A stretch of DNA of 64,000 nt from Flavobacteriales bacterium (GTDB taxonomy: Bacteria; Bacteroidota; Bacteroidia; Flavobacteriales_F; PHOS-HE28): NCBI GenBank assembly GCA_046306055.1, contig JBKDXR010000058.1, positions 110,792-174,791 on the forward strand, given 5' to 3'. The notes under the pieces were generated by a model, which saw only the letters and a list, made by a program, of their open reading frames with translations, searched no databases and had not been told where the DNA came from. Both the position numbers and the translations under genes were made by a program. Shown piece after piece: positions 20,869-30,005 of the stretch (position 1 is its first letter; each line of letters starts with the position of its first letter).

Positions 20869-21806
20869 GGCTTCACCTCCCATCTCTTGATCATGCGGTC
20901 GTCCGAGGCGGTGAGCAATGCGACCGGGGTCCAGAGTACGGCGTTCACGCTGTGGGTGTGACCATGCACTGAACGGTCCAAGCGTTGAATGGGCTCAAGC
21001 GTATTCGCGTCCCATAGCTTCACGGTCTTGTCGCGGCTCACGCTGCAAAAGCGCTGTCCGTCAGGGTTGAACACCAGGCGGTAAATGGATCCCTTGTGTG
21101 CCGGTATGCCGAGCAACGGCCTGAACCCTTCCGTTGCGTGCCAGCTGCGCAGGTACCCGTCCTTGCCTCCGCTGATGAGCACGGGCTTGTGCGGATGGAA
21201 GGCAATGCTGGTGGCCCCTCCAGGCTGTTCGAACAGGGTGGGATGTGCTGCTATGGTCGCCTTTTCGTTGAAATAGGTGGTATCCAGAATGCGAACCTGG
21301 CCATCGCCACAGGCTACTGCCAGCAGTTCATCCTGGGTGTCCACGGCCAGGTCGCGCAGTTTCTCTTCGCACAGGGGGAAATGACGCACCAGTTCCAATG
21401 TCGCGCCGTTGCCCGTGTTCGTTCGCCAGATGCTCAGCGTACCATCGCCACCGGCGCAGGCGATCCTGTTATCGCTGAAAGCCACCATGCGGAAGATCCC
21501 CTTCCGGTGTACGGTGAAGCGGTGGAGCTCGCGCCCGTGCACGGCATCGATCACGAACAGGTCGCCGCCTTCGGTGCCGATCAACAGGAGCGTGCCCCTG
21601 CGCAACAGGCTGAAGACCGCCTGTCCCACGTTCACCAGCACATGACCCGCCTCCGGGTCATGAAGCTTCCAGCGCACCACCAGTCCATCACCTGAACCTG
21701 AAAGGAACGTGTCGCCATCCCCCTCGGAGGCCAGCGCATAAACGGGCCCACGATGACCGGTGAACGTGGCTCCCACCAACTGGTCCGTTGACCGCTCCAT
21801 GGGCAA
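20865..21806 (-). CDS. WD40-repeat beta-propeller protein
   Basis: Repeated GH...SGS.DG.V..W WD motifs (FTGHRGPVYALAS...SGSGDGLVVRWKL and others). Confidence 0.75.
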   Translation of the reverse strand: MPMERSTDQLVGATFTGHRGPVYALASEGDGDTFLSGSGDGLVVRWKLHDPEAGHVLVNVGQAVFSLLRRGTLLLIGTEGGDLFVIDAVHGRELHRFTVHRKGIFRMVAFSDNRIACAGGDGTLSIWRTNTGNGATLELVRHFPLCEEKLRDLAVDTQDELLAVACGDGQVRILDTTYFNEKATIAAHPTLFEQPGGATSIAFHPHKPVLISGGKDGYLRSWHATEGFRPLLGIPAHKGSIYRLVFNPDGQRFCSVSRDKTVKLWDANTLEPIQRLDRSVHGHTHSVNAVLWTPVALLTASDDRMIKRWEVKP

Positions 21807-21810
21807 TAGG

Positions 21811-22632
21811 TCAGTCCGTACCGAGTTCCTTTTCCAAGCGCCGCATCAGCTCCAATCGCTTCTCCCGTGTGTGCTCTCTGAGGCGGAAGGTATGCCCCTC
21901 GCTTTGGGGCTGAACGGTCGGCCGTAGGTCACCCTGAACGAAGTGTTCGATGACCCACGGATAGTGCTCTACGACCATCAGATTGTTGAGCGCACGTAAG
22001 TGGAAGGGGTCCGTTGGCCAGCCCGTTTCCGCAGGTTTCTGGAACAGGATCTGGCCCGTATCCACGCCGGTGTCCACGAGGTGAATGGTGATCCCAGCGC
22101 TGGTGGTATCGTTGTTCAGGCATTGCCAGAACTCGGATCGCGTGCCGCGGTAAGCGGGTAGCAGGGAAGTATGGGCGTTCAGTGTCCCCTTGGTGGGGAC
22201 TGCCAGCAGGGGCGCCTTCAGGATCTTCGTGCCGTACACCACGAGCACATCGGGCCGTGCGTCGCGGATGCGCTCTATGGTCTCAGGGGTGTTCAGGTCC
22301 GTGGTCTCCACGCGCTCCACCTCGGGCCATTCGGCGCGTAGTCCTTGCGTGGATGCGCTCTCCATGAAATAGTGATCGGCCTTGTTGGCCAGCCGTTCCT
22401 CAAAAGCAAGCAAACGCCGCATCTCGGGGGTCAGGCGGACGCGATGCATCAGCCGGTCCACCATGCGGTCACCGACCACGGAACGCACGCGGTTCGACCA
22501 TTTGCTGTAGGGTCTGGCACCGGTATCCACCTGTTGCACGATCAAGGTCAGGCCAGTGGTGTTCGCCAGCCGGTCGGCCAGCACCCGTGCCACGGGCTGG
22601 TCGCTGGTCAGCAGGACGATCCGCGGGTTCAT
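21811..22632 (-). CDS. Formyltransferase (Formyl_trans_N; ArnA-N / sugar N-formyltransferase-like)
   Basis: NAHTSLLPAYRG plus a downstream D, as in the N10-formyl-THF-dependent transferases (Fmt/ArnA/WlaRD). Confidence 0.8.
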   Translation of the reverse strand: MNPRIVLLTSDQPVARVLADRLANTTGLTLIVQQVDTGARPYSKWSNRVRSVVGDRMVDRLMHRVRLTPEMRRLLAFEERLANKADHYFMESASTQGLRAEWPEVERVETTDLNTPETIERIRDARPDVLVVYGTKILKAPLLAVPTKGTLNAHTSLLPAYRGTRSEFWQCLNNDTTSAGITIHLVDTGVDTGQILFQKPAETGWPTDPFHLRALNNLMVVEHYPWVIEHFVQGDLRPTVQPQSEGHTFRLREHTREKRLELMRRLEKELGTD

Positions 22633-23852
22633 GCTTCAGGGAATTGAAGGGTGAACGCGTGATCCCCGTGCCGAAGGATGGAATGGGGCACCGCACCTTT
22701 GGTCCCATGCACTGTGATGCCTTGTGGCACCGCCCCTTTGATCGTGAAGGAATGTCCGGCCAGTTCGTGCGGTCCTACGGTGTCGAAGGCCAGTCCATCC
22801 GCCGTGAACGTGAATGCAGCGCCTTGGATGGTCAGGTGGTCACGAAGCACCAGGTAGTCCAGCAGGCGACCGAGCGAGGAAAGCATCAGCTTGCCGTCCC
22901 GGTGCAGGCCGGCCACATGTTCAAGCGACTTCCGTGTTGATGCGGGAACATGCTCCGCATCGTTCTCGTGCCCGGCCTTGCGTTTGCCCAGATGGGTGTA
23001 GGCCATGCAGATCCCGCCTTGCGCCACCAACCGGTCCATCATCGCGGGGGCCAGCAGCACCCCAAGGCCTTGGATGTCGGCCAGTTCCCAACGGCCATAG
23101 CGGGGGAACACATAGCCCAGGCTGCCATCCAGGAACCGGTGTACGCGATAGGCCTGGTTGCCCTGGAACTGGTCCCTGAACGCCTTACCGAGCCCGAAGG
23201 TGTCGCCCACCTTGTGCTTCATCCAGTCCAAGGTGCCGCGTCTGCCTGATCCGGTGCGCTCCAGATGGTATTGTCGCAAGGAGAGTTCGCGGTCCTGGCC
23301 CAGTACCGAGGTGATGGTGCCGTCCCAGAAGTAGCGAACGCCGGCCTTGCGGATCAGGTCCAGCGTGTAGTACTGGTTGGCGTAGGTGTAGCCCGATGCA
23401 TCCTTGAACTCGGGAATGCCCCCGAACTTGTGGTTGTGCAGCAGGTTTCCAATGAACATGCTATGGTCCACCCAAACACGGGGGCGGAAGTTCATCTGCT
23501 CCAAGGTCCTCAGATGCGCCTCGGCATCGCTCCGGTCGAACCCACGTGTACCGGCGAACATGAAGTCGCCCCATGTGTGGATCGTATCGTGCGGGTGGCT
23601 TCCCAGCACTTCGGGATGCCCGTGCAGGTCCACCTGATCGGGCAACTGGATGTTATACGAACGGATGAAGACCGAATCGGAAAAGGGGAGGCCCAGTTCC
23701 TGCCAGATCAACCGGTCCAGTTCCTTCCAATCCGCATGTCGGGTGTTGTCCGGGTCGCTGCTCAGGGTCAACCACGCGGACCATGGGTGCGGAAGCGCCT
23801 GAACACGGCCATCCCGCACGCGTTGCTTCACTGGAGTGTTCCCTGCGATCAT
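22629..23852 (-). CDS. Hypothetical protein, possibly divergent CE4-like deacetylase/deformylase
   Basis: ORF 22629..23903. Weak NodB-like motif spacing (WLTLSSDPD; HGHPEVLGSHPH). Its ATG overlaps the stop of the formyltransferase gene by 4 nt. The assignment is weak. Confidence 0.45.
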   Translation of the reverse strand: MIAGNTPVKQRVRDGRVQALPHPWSAWLTLSSDPDNTRHADWKELDRLIWQELGLPFSDSVFIRSYNIQLPDQVDLHGHPEVLGSHPHDTIHTWGDFMFAGTRGFDRSDAEAHLRTLEQMNFRPRVWVDHSMFIGNLLHNHKFGGIPEFKDASGYTYANQYYTLDLIRKAGVRYFWDGTITSVLGQDRELSLRQYHLERTGSGRRGTLDWMKHKVGDTFGLGKAFRDQFQGNQAYRVHRFLDGSLGYVFPRYGRWELADIQGLGVLLAPAMMDRLVAQGGICMAYTHLGKRKAGHENDAEHVPASTRKSLEHVAGLHRDGKLMLSSLGRLLDYLVLRDHLTIQGAAFTFTADGLAFDTVGPHELAGHSFTIKGAVPQGITVHGTKGAVPHSILRHGDHAFTLQFPEA

Positions 23853-23945
23853 CGATCCTCCGCCACGGGCCCTCTTCGCACCGTCGGACGGGCAAGATAA
23901 CATCGCACCGGGAAGCGGAACCTCTCAATGGTCAGCCTTGAGCGG

Positions 23946-24740
23946 CTATTCCCCGGGCCAGCGGCGGCGGTCGGTCCAAAGGAAGGTCCATTCCGGAGTG
24001 TACAGGCGCTCGTCAGCACCCACGAAGTACCATGCCCCGGCCTCGGGATGGCGCAGGTTCTTGAGCACGTGCAGCTGCTGGGCGGGCATGTAGCTCTGCG
24101 CCAGGAGCATGGCCGTGCTGCCATCCGATCTTGTCGAAACATCAACCACCAGCACTGCATGGCCCGGGCTTCCGCCATGTATGTACACGTCGCCAGGCTT
24201 CACCGCATCGGTCATCGGCACCAGTTCACGCGAGAGCGAGAGGGTGCCCGCATAGGTGAACACCATGTTCAGGTAGCGGAGCAGCTGCTCGTGCGAACGG
24301 TCCGGCACCGCACCAGCATACCAATTGCAGGTGTTGCCGCTCACACGGATGCGCTCGCCCCTGGCCCAGCGGTCCCACCGAGCCTCGAACCCATTGGTGA
24401 ACCGGAACGTGATCTCGCGGTCCCTGCCGCTGGCATACAGGTATTCGGTCCGCAGGCGCATCACGGCATCGGCGCATTGTTGCAGGTCCCTGTCGCCCAC
24501 GCTCACGTCGAGTACGGCCGCATGTACGTCCTGCCGGCCTTTGGCGCTGCCGTTGTACAGTGAAACGCCGGTGCCGGTGGGCAGTAGATGAAGGTTGCGT
24601 AGAAAGTTCCCGAACGACGTTGGGGGAACTGGTACCCTTGCGAACCCGCTCGGGACCGCGAACCTATCGACGATCCGGTCCTTCGTGGGGGCAGCGGTCA
24701 GGCTAAGCAGGAGCGGCAGGAGCAAGGCGAAGGCGCGCAT
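23946..24740 (-). CDS. Hypothetical secreted protein (DUF4846-like)
   Basis: Signal peptide MRAFALLLPLLLSLTAAP. A conserved-looking Bacteroidota hypothetical. Confidence 0.5.
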   Translation of the reverse strand: MRAFALLLPLLLSLTAAPTKDRIVDRFAVPSGFARVPVPPTSFGNFLRNLHLLPTGTGVSLYNGSAKGRQDVHAAVLDVSVGDRDLQQCADAVMRLRTEYLYASGRDREITFRFTNGFEARWDRWARGERIRVSGNTCNWYAGAVPDRSHEQLLRYLNMVFTYAGTLSLSRELVPMTDAVKPGDVYIHGGSPGHAVLVVDVSTRSDGSTAMLLAQSYMPAQQLHVLKNLRHPEAGAWYFVGADERLYTPEWTFLWTDRRRWPGE

Positions 24741-24777
24741 GTCCTTGGGAATGCACGCCATCGCCCGAGGTAACGGA

Positions 24778-26253
24778 TCAGGCCTGCGCCGAGGCCTTTT
24801 GCGGTGTGTAGCCGAACAGCCGATTATCCTTGATCATATTGTCCACGTAGGGCGGCACCATCTCCTCCCAGCCGTCCTTGCCGCTTCGGATCATGTCCAG
24901 CACTTGCTTGCTGAAGATGTGCAGCACGTTGGGGTCGAAGTTGGTGATGTCCACCAACCGTTTGTTGAACAGGAGGTAATCGTACAAGGGCCTCAACCGC
25001 GGATGCACCGGCATGTTCACGGTGGTCATGATCTGCTCGCTGGCGCTGGTGCGGCTCGGGTACACGTAGATCTTCAGGTCGCGGTGGAAGAGGATGCCGA
25101 ACGCCTCCAGCACACCTCCGTTGAGGTCGCGGTAGTAGCGCTCGTCGAACACTTCCACCAGGTTGTTCACTCCCATGATCAGGCCCATGCGCGCCTTGGT
25201 GTAGCGGCTGAAGTACTCCACCAGCTTGTAGTATTCCTGGTAGTTGCTGATCAATACGGTCTGCCCCAGGGAGCACAGGATGTCTGCCCGGTCAATGAAG
25301 TCCTTCTCGTCCACATCGCCCGTATCGCTCTTCAGGTTGTTCAGGGTGATCTCGAAGAGCACTTGCAGGTTCTGACGGTCCACACGCTGTTCCTTGATGA
25401 ACATGTTGTAGCCGTTCATGATCATGTCGATGTTCACCTTGGTCACCGGACGGAAACTACCGCGGATGGCGAGGATGTTCTTCTTGTAGAGCATCTCGCT
25501 GGCCTGCAGGTTCTGGCCATCGGGACCGAAGAGCACGGCGTCGGTGTATCCGCGCTTCACCAGTTGCAGGCTGAGCAGTCGGTTGTCCACCTGAGCGAAC
25601 GCCGGACCGTTCATCTGGATCATGTCGATCTCCAACACGTGCCGGCTCACGTTGTCGTAGAGCGCGGTCATGATCTCCTGCGGATCGGCATGGTTGAACA
25701 TGCATCCATGCATCAGGTTCACGCCCAGCACGCCAATGCTCTCCTGTTGCAGGCTCATGTCGGGATCATGCAGTCGGAAGTGCAGGATCACATCACTGGT
25801 GGGCTGGTCCGGTGCGGTCTGGAAACGGACACCCACCCACCCGTGGCCACTGTGGGGCCGCTCGAAGGTGCTGGTGCCCACCGTGTTCGCATACGTGAAG
25901 AAACGCTTCGTGGGGTGGTCCTTGCGCGAAAGGCGGTCCGTGATCAGCCCATACTCATGGCGGAGCATGTTCTTCAGGCGGCTCTCACACACGAAACGGT
26001 TGCCGGGCTCGGGCCCGTAAATGGCATTGCTGAAGTCCTTGTCGTAGGCGCTCATGGCCTTCGCTATGGTCTGCGAAGCGCCGCCTGCACGGAAGAAATG
26101 CCGCACCGTTTCCTGTCCGGCCCCGATCTCGGCGAAGGTGCCGTAGAGGTCCGCGTTCATGTTGATGCGACGGGCCTTCTGGGCCGGGCTCAGCGGAACG
26201 CGATGGGGGTCCTGCACGATCATGATGGTCCTTGTCTGCGTTGAAGGGAGCAA
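24778..26253 (-). CDS. Conserved hypothetical protein (491 aa), cytoplasmic
   Basis: Protein-like composition throughout (LYGTFAEIGAGQETVRHFF...). ORF 24595..26244(+) is its antisense shadow. No family recognised. Confidence 0.6.
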   Translation of the reverse strand: MLPSTQTRTIMIVQDPHRVPLSPAQKARRINMNADLYGTFAEIGAGQETVRHFFRAGGASQTIAKAMSAYDKDFSNAIYGPEPGNRFVCESRLKNMLRHEYGLITDRLSRKDHPTKRFFTYANTVGTSTFERPHSGHGWVGVRFQTAPDQPTSDVILHFRLHDPDMSLQQESIGVLGVNLMHGCMFNHADPQEIMTALYDNVSRHVLEIDMIQMNGPAFAQVDNRLLSLQLVKRGYTDAVLFGPDGQNLQASEMLYKKNILAIRGSFRPVTKVNIDMIMNGYNMFIKEQRVDRQNLQVLFEITLNNLKSDTGDVDEKDFIDRADILCSLGQTVLISNYQEYYKLVEYFSRYTKARMGLIMGVNNLVEVFDERYYRDLNGGVLEAFGILFHRDLKIYVYPSRTSASEQIMTTVNMPVHPRLRPLYDYLLFNKRLVDITNFDPNVLHIFSKQVLDMIRSGKDGWEEMVPPYVDNMIKDNRLFGYTPQKASAQA

Positions 26254-26324
26254 AGGTAGCCCCTTCGCTCAGGCTGAACATGAAGAACGTCAGGCAAGGC
26301 CTGCATGTTCTTCACTAACGGATG

Positions 26325-26753
26325 TCACTTATCGCTGAAGCCGGAACGCCTGTGGCTGCCATCGCAGTATGGCTTTTTGGCCGATGCCCCGCAACGGCAC
26401 AAGGCCACCTTGCCCTGATGCGTGTCCTCGCGTCCATCAGGGTGTCTTACAATACACGGCCCCTGCAGCACCAATGGCCCGTTGGGCGTGGCCTCTATGA
26501 TCTGTTCGGGGGCTGCGGTCGCCGGGGTGGTGCCGGTGCCATCGTTCATCCGGTAGCTCAGCGCCCCGCTCGGACACTGCTTCACCTGCTCGATGATCGG
26601 TTCCGTACCGATGCCCTCGGGCGTTATCCAGGGCCGTTTGCCGGGTTGGAACACCGCCGGCAGTCCCTTCCAGCAGCGGGTGCTGTGGATGCAGCGGTCG
26701 GGTTGCCAGACGACCGTGACCTCGCCGTTGGTGTAGCTGTGCTCCTTGCTCAT
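26325..26753 (-). CDS. Iron-sulfur protein: divergent 4Fe-4S mono-cluster (Fer4_19-like) domain fused to a CDGSH zinc-finger domain
   Basis: GEVTVVWQPDRCIHSTRCWKGLPAVF (Fer4_19-like Cys pattern) and CRCGASAKKPYCDGSH (CDGSH). Its ATG overlaps the osmC-like stop (ATGA). Confidence 0.65.
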   Translation of the reverse strand: MSKEHSYTNGEVTVVWQPDRCIHSTRCWKGLPAVFQPGKRPWITPEGIGTEPIIEQVKQCPSGALSYRMNDGTGTTPATAAPEQIIEATPNGPLVLQGPCIVRHPDGREDTHQGKVALCRCGASAKKPYCDGSHRRSGFSDK

Positions 26754-27166
26754 GCCTTGAGGCCCGCGCTCAAATGGATCGGGCTCTCCAAGGTACGGTG
26801 CACTGGACATGACCGTGCGATCTGCAACATCCGGTCCTTCTGTTCCTGCGTCAGGTGCTGGGGCAGGTCGATGTCCAGGTGGATCTTCGTATCGATGGTG
26901 GCGCCGGACTGCGTGCGTTCCATGGTCGCGGTGACACCGATGGGCGCCACGTTCCACTGTTTGCGGTCGGCATACATGCGCAGGGTGATCGCGGTGCACG
27001 AGGCCAGGGCGCTCAACATCAGCTCATGGGGCCTGAATCCAAGGTCCTGTCCGCCGTGATCCAACGGTTCATCGGCCACGAGCTCGAGCCCGCGGGTGCT
27101 GAGCTTGGTGGTGTAGGGGGCGCCTTCCAGAACGGCCGTTACGCTGCGGTGGCTGGTGTGTTGCAT
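26750..27166 (-). CDS. OsmC/Ohr family peroxiredoxin-like protein
   Basis: 138 aa. GFRPHELMLSALASCTAITLRMYA...IARSCPVHRTL, the conserved two-Cys OsmC signature. Confidence 0.85.
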   Translation of the reverse strand: MQHTSHRSVTAVLEGAPYTTKLSTRGLELVADEPLDHGGQDLGFRPHELMLSALASCTAITLRMYADRKQWNVAPIGVTATMERTQSGATIDTKIHLDIDLPQHLTQEQKDRMLQIARSCPVHRTLESPIHLSAGLKA

Positions 27167-27211
27167 GGCACAAAGGTGTGCGCTCTTCGCCCGAGGTCGT
27201 TCTGCCCGTGG

Positions 27212-27973
27212 TCACCAACCCGTCACCAGAAGGCGTCGTGCACCATTGATGCCGCACTTCTGGTAGGTATTGTAGGCTTGTGCGGCGCGTTCCTGCACCG
27301 CCGTTGGGGCCTCCTTCCGCACCCAGCCTTCCAATGCGGCCTTCAGCGTGTAGGCTTCCGGCGCCATCAGTCCGGTTGTCCACAGCAGGGGCGTGGCGCC
27401 GGTGTTGCGCAGGTGGGGGGCATAGTACCGTTTGCTGATGCAAGCCAGAATGATGGTCTCGCGCATCCGCTTATCCTGTGCGGGATAGCCCTGTTCCAGT
27501 GCAAAGTCCATCAGTCCGTCGTGCCCCACGTAGGCGATCAGGTCCGCGCCCCCGCCTATGGTCAGGGTACGGTCCGCGATCTTCAGAGCTGTGCTACCGG
27601 CCCCACTGGCGTAGCGCAGCAGGTCAACCGTGGCCTCACGGATGTTGCGGCCGTCGTAGGCATCGGCCACTAAGTAAACCGCACTGTCGCGGTGTTTCCA
27701 GGCCACGCGCTCCAGGATATGTGGTACGCCCGAAGAGGGTACCTGCACACGGACCCATTCCGCCGCGCGATCGAAGTGGGTGCGCACTCCGTACCCGGCC
27801 CCCCAGTACAGATTGGTGCCCGGTTTCTGGCCGTTGCCAATGCCCGCCGGTACTTTCACGATGCCTTGATGCTCGTTGTCGCAAAGGGCCACCAGTACAT
27901 GCACCACGCGTGTGCCTGCCAAGGCGATCGTGTGTGCTAGCACGATCAGGAGGAGGAGGAGAATACGCAGCAT
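27212..27973 (-). CDS. Hypothetical secreted protein
   Basis: Signal peptide MLRILLLLLIVLAHTIALAG. No recognised domain. In an operon with the OsmC and Fe-S genes. Confidence 0.45.
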   Translation of the reverse strand: MLRILLLLLIVLAHTIALAGTRVVHVLVALCDNEHQGIVKVPAGIGNGQKPGTNLYWGAGYGVRTHFDRAAEWVRVQVPSSGVPHILERVAWKHRDSAVYLVADAYDGRNIREATVDLLRYASGAGSTALKIADRTLTIGGGADLIAYVGHDGLMDFALEQGYPAQDKRMRETIILACISKRYYAPHLRNTGATPLLWTTGLMAPEAYTLKAALEGWVRKEAPTAVQERAAQAYNTYQKCGINGARRLLVTGW

Positions 27974-28019
27974 GGTCCTTGGAATGCGGATGTTCCACAC
28001 TGGTAACGGCGTGTAACAC

Positions 28020-28640
28020 TTAAACCTTGCCCGGACGGGGGAACAAGGCCGGTACTTCGCGCCGGTAGCGCACATAATCCTCCCCGAAGGCGGCGATCAA
28101 CTTCCGCTCTTCCAAAGCGATGCCAATGGGCAGGTAAACGAAAGTGATGCCCACCACCAGCAGTGTTGTTCCGTGCCCGTCCAGCAACAGCCAGCCTATT
28201 GCTGCGGAAATGATACCGGTGTAGATGGGATGCCTCATCCGGCCGTGCATGCCCGTGCGCACCAGACCCGCCGCACGTTCCGGTGCCAATCCAAGGAAAC
28301 CCGCCCCGCCGAAACGGAGCACAGCCACCGTGGCCAATAGCCCGCCACCCAGCACCAGCAGCAGGCCTGCCACACGCATGGCCGCAGTGGGGTGGTAGAG
28401 GGCATCGCCGGTCCGGGCATTGTAAAGAGCGAACAGGACCCAGCCGGAAAGCACGGTCGAGACCAGCGTGTAGGCCAGTCGGTACCAACGCGTAAGGCCC
28501 CAGCGCTCCGCTGCCCAGCGCTTGGTGGCGTTCAGCGCGAGCAGGCTGTGCAAGGTGTAGAACACCACCAGGGCAAGGGCCAGGTGCAACATGGCAGCAA
28601 GGTAGAATGCGAAAGGCCACCAGTGAGGTGGCCTTTGCAT
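28020..28640 (-). CDS. Isoprenylcysteine carboxyl / phospholipid methyltransferase family membrane protein (ICMT/PEMT)
   Basis: Five to six TM helices; C-terminal RHPIYTG...EE..L...FG..Y..Y...V motif. Confidence 0.7.
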   Translation of the reverse strand: MQRPPHWWPFAFYLAAMLHLALALVVFYTLHSLLALNATKRWAAERWGLTRWYRLAYTLVSTVLSGWVLFALYNARTGDALYHPTAAMRVAGLLLVLGGGLLATVAVLRFGGAGFLGLAPERAAGLVRTGMHGRMRHPIYTGIISAAIGWLLLDGHGTTLLVVGITFVYLPIGIALEERKLIAAFGEDYVRYRREVPALFPRPGKV

Positions 28641-28676
28641 TGAGGCAGGAGCGTATTGTCGGCGCTCCTGTATTGA

Positions 28677-29327
28677 TCAGCGCATGTCGTTCACTTCCAC
28701 GCCGGGGTACTTCGCCTTGTCGAAGGTGAAGAGCGCATCGGCGAGCGCGGCATTGGCGGTGAACTTTTTCAGCGTGTAGGTCACGATGTTGCCGTCCTTG
28801 TACAACACCTGCACGCTCTTGGGCTCGTTCTTCGCCTTGTCCACGGTGAGCACCACGGTGTGGTAGGGTTTCTTGCCCGCGTCCGTGGGGAACAGCTTCA
28901 CCACCTGTACCACGGTGCCCGTGGCGTCGGTCTTCTCTTCCACGAACTGCACTTTGAAGCCTTTCTCGTACTGCGTGAAGATCTTGGTGGGGTCCAGCTC
29001 CTGGTCCATTTCCGCGGGGTCGTTCAGGGTCACCTCGTTGGTCTCCTTGCTGTACGTGTACATGGTGGTCCCGTCGTTGATCACCGTGTTCTTGTCCAAC
29101 TGCAGGCGGAACTTCTTACCCTTCACCTTCATGTTGCCCTCCTGCTTCACGTCCAGTTTGTCCTTGGTGCTTTGCAGGCGGCTGCTGAAGTCGGCCTCGA
29201 AACTGGTCCACGTCTTGGCGGCGGCCATTAGTTTGTCCACAATGGCCTTGCCCTTGGCATCGTCCTGGGCGTTGGCGGACAGGTTGGCCACGAGCAGCGC
29301 AACGATCAGGAAGAGGGTCTTTTTCAT
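28677..29327 (-). CDS. LolA-like outer-membrane lipoprotein carrier/sorting protein
   Basis: Signal peptide MKKTLFLIVALLVANLSANAQ. Length and unclosed beta-barrel-like pattern typical of LolA-like proteins. Confidence 0.5.
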   Translation of the reverse strand: MKKTLFLIVALLVANLSANAQDDAKGKAIVDKLMAAAKTWTSFEADFSSRLQSTKDKLDVKQEGNMKVKGKKFRLQLDKNTVINDGTTMYTYSKETNEVTLNDPAEMDQELDPTKIFTQYEKGFKVQFVEEKTDATGTVVQVVKLFPTDAGKKPYHTVVLTVDKAKNEPKSVQVLYKDGNIVTYTLKKFTANAALADALFTFDKAKYPGVEVNDMR

Positions 29328-29416
29328 GGGGGCGAATTTACGCCGAGGGTGAAGGCAAAGGCTGTGCCACGTCAGGCCTGGGTGGTTACGTTATCCGGGT
29401 AGGCGCGTTCTAATGA

Positions 29417-29938
29417 CTACTTGTTCCAGTCGGGATTGGCCTTCACAAAAGCCTTGTACTTCTTGCCGCTGAGCATGGTGCCACGGCACTTTTTCGAGCC
29501 GCAGCGACAGGCCCAGGTCTTCAACAGTTCCTTGGTATACGGCAGGTCGAACTCGAACCCGTAATCGTAGAAGATCTCCTCGCCGGGCTCAATGCTGCGC
29601 AAGGCCTCAATGATCACCCGGTCGTTCTTCGGGTCGGGGTTCTTCTTTTTCTCCTCGTGCACGAACGCGATGGCGTTCGGTTCGCAGCTGGTGTTGATCC
29701 ATCGCGCCACATTGCCCTTCACATTGGCATCCAGGATCCACTGGTCGTTCAGCGTGAACAGGAAGGTGTGCCCAGAGGCCACGTCGCCGTGGTACTGTTC
29801 ATCGGCTTGGTCGTGGGTGATCAAGCGGCCCTTGTATTCAACGATGTGTTCGCCTTTGCGGATGGGGGCGACAGCGAACACGCCATTGCCATGGATCTTG
29901 GAACGACGACGGACGATCTTCAGGGGCTTCTCGGTCAT
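29417..29938 (-). CDS. SET-domain protein-lysine methyltransferase
   Basis: GNGVFAV...ARWINTSCEPN...EEIFYDYGFEF and a post-SET Cys cluster CRCGSKKCRG. Start at the Met of MTEKPL; the upstream part of ORF 29417..30064 would overlap the neighbouring lipoprotein gene. Confidence 0.8.
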   Translation of the reverse strand: MTEKPLKIVRRRSKIHGNGVFAVAPIRKGEHIVEYKGRLITHDQADEQYHGDVASGHTFLFTLNDQWILDANVKGNVARWINTSCEPNAIAFVHEEKKKNPDPKNDRVIIEALRSIEPGEEIFYDYGFEFDLPYTKELLKTWACRCGSKKCRGTMLSGKKYKAFVKANPDWNK

Positions 29939-30005
29939 GGGGTCCGGTGCTTCAACGGGGCGCAAAGAAAGCGGAAGGAACGATCGCCCATGGGATACCC
30001 GGCCT

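Noticed and set aside
20865-23903. Considered the WD40/formyltransferase operon as a phage-defence (STAND/WD40 effector) system.
   Set aside because: There is no NTPase, nuclease, TIR, SIR2 or HEPN domain. The formyltransferase, GT-C transferase and sugar-epimerase context points to glycan or lipid modification instead.
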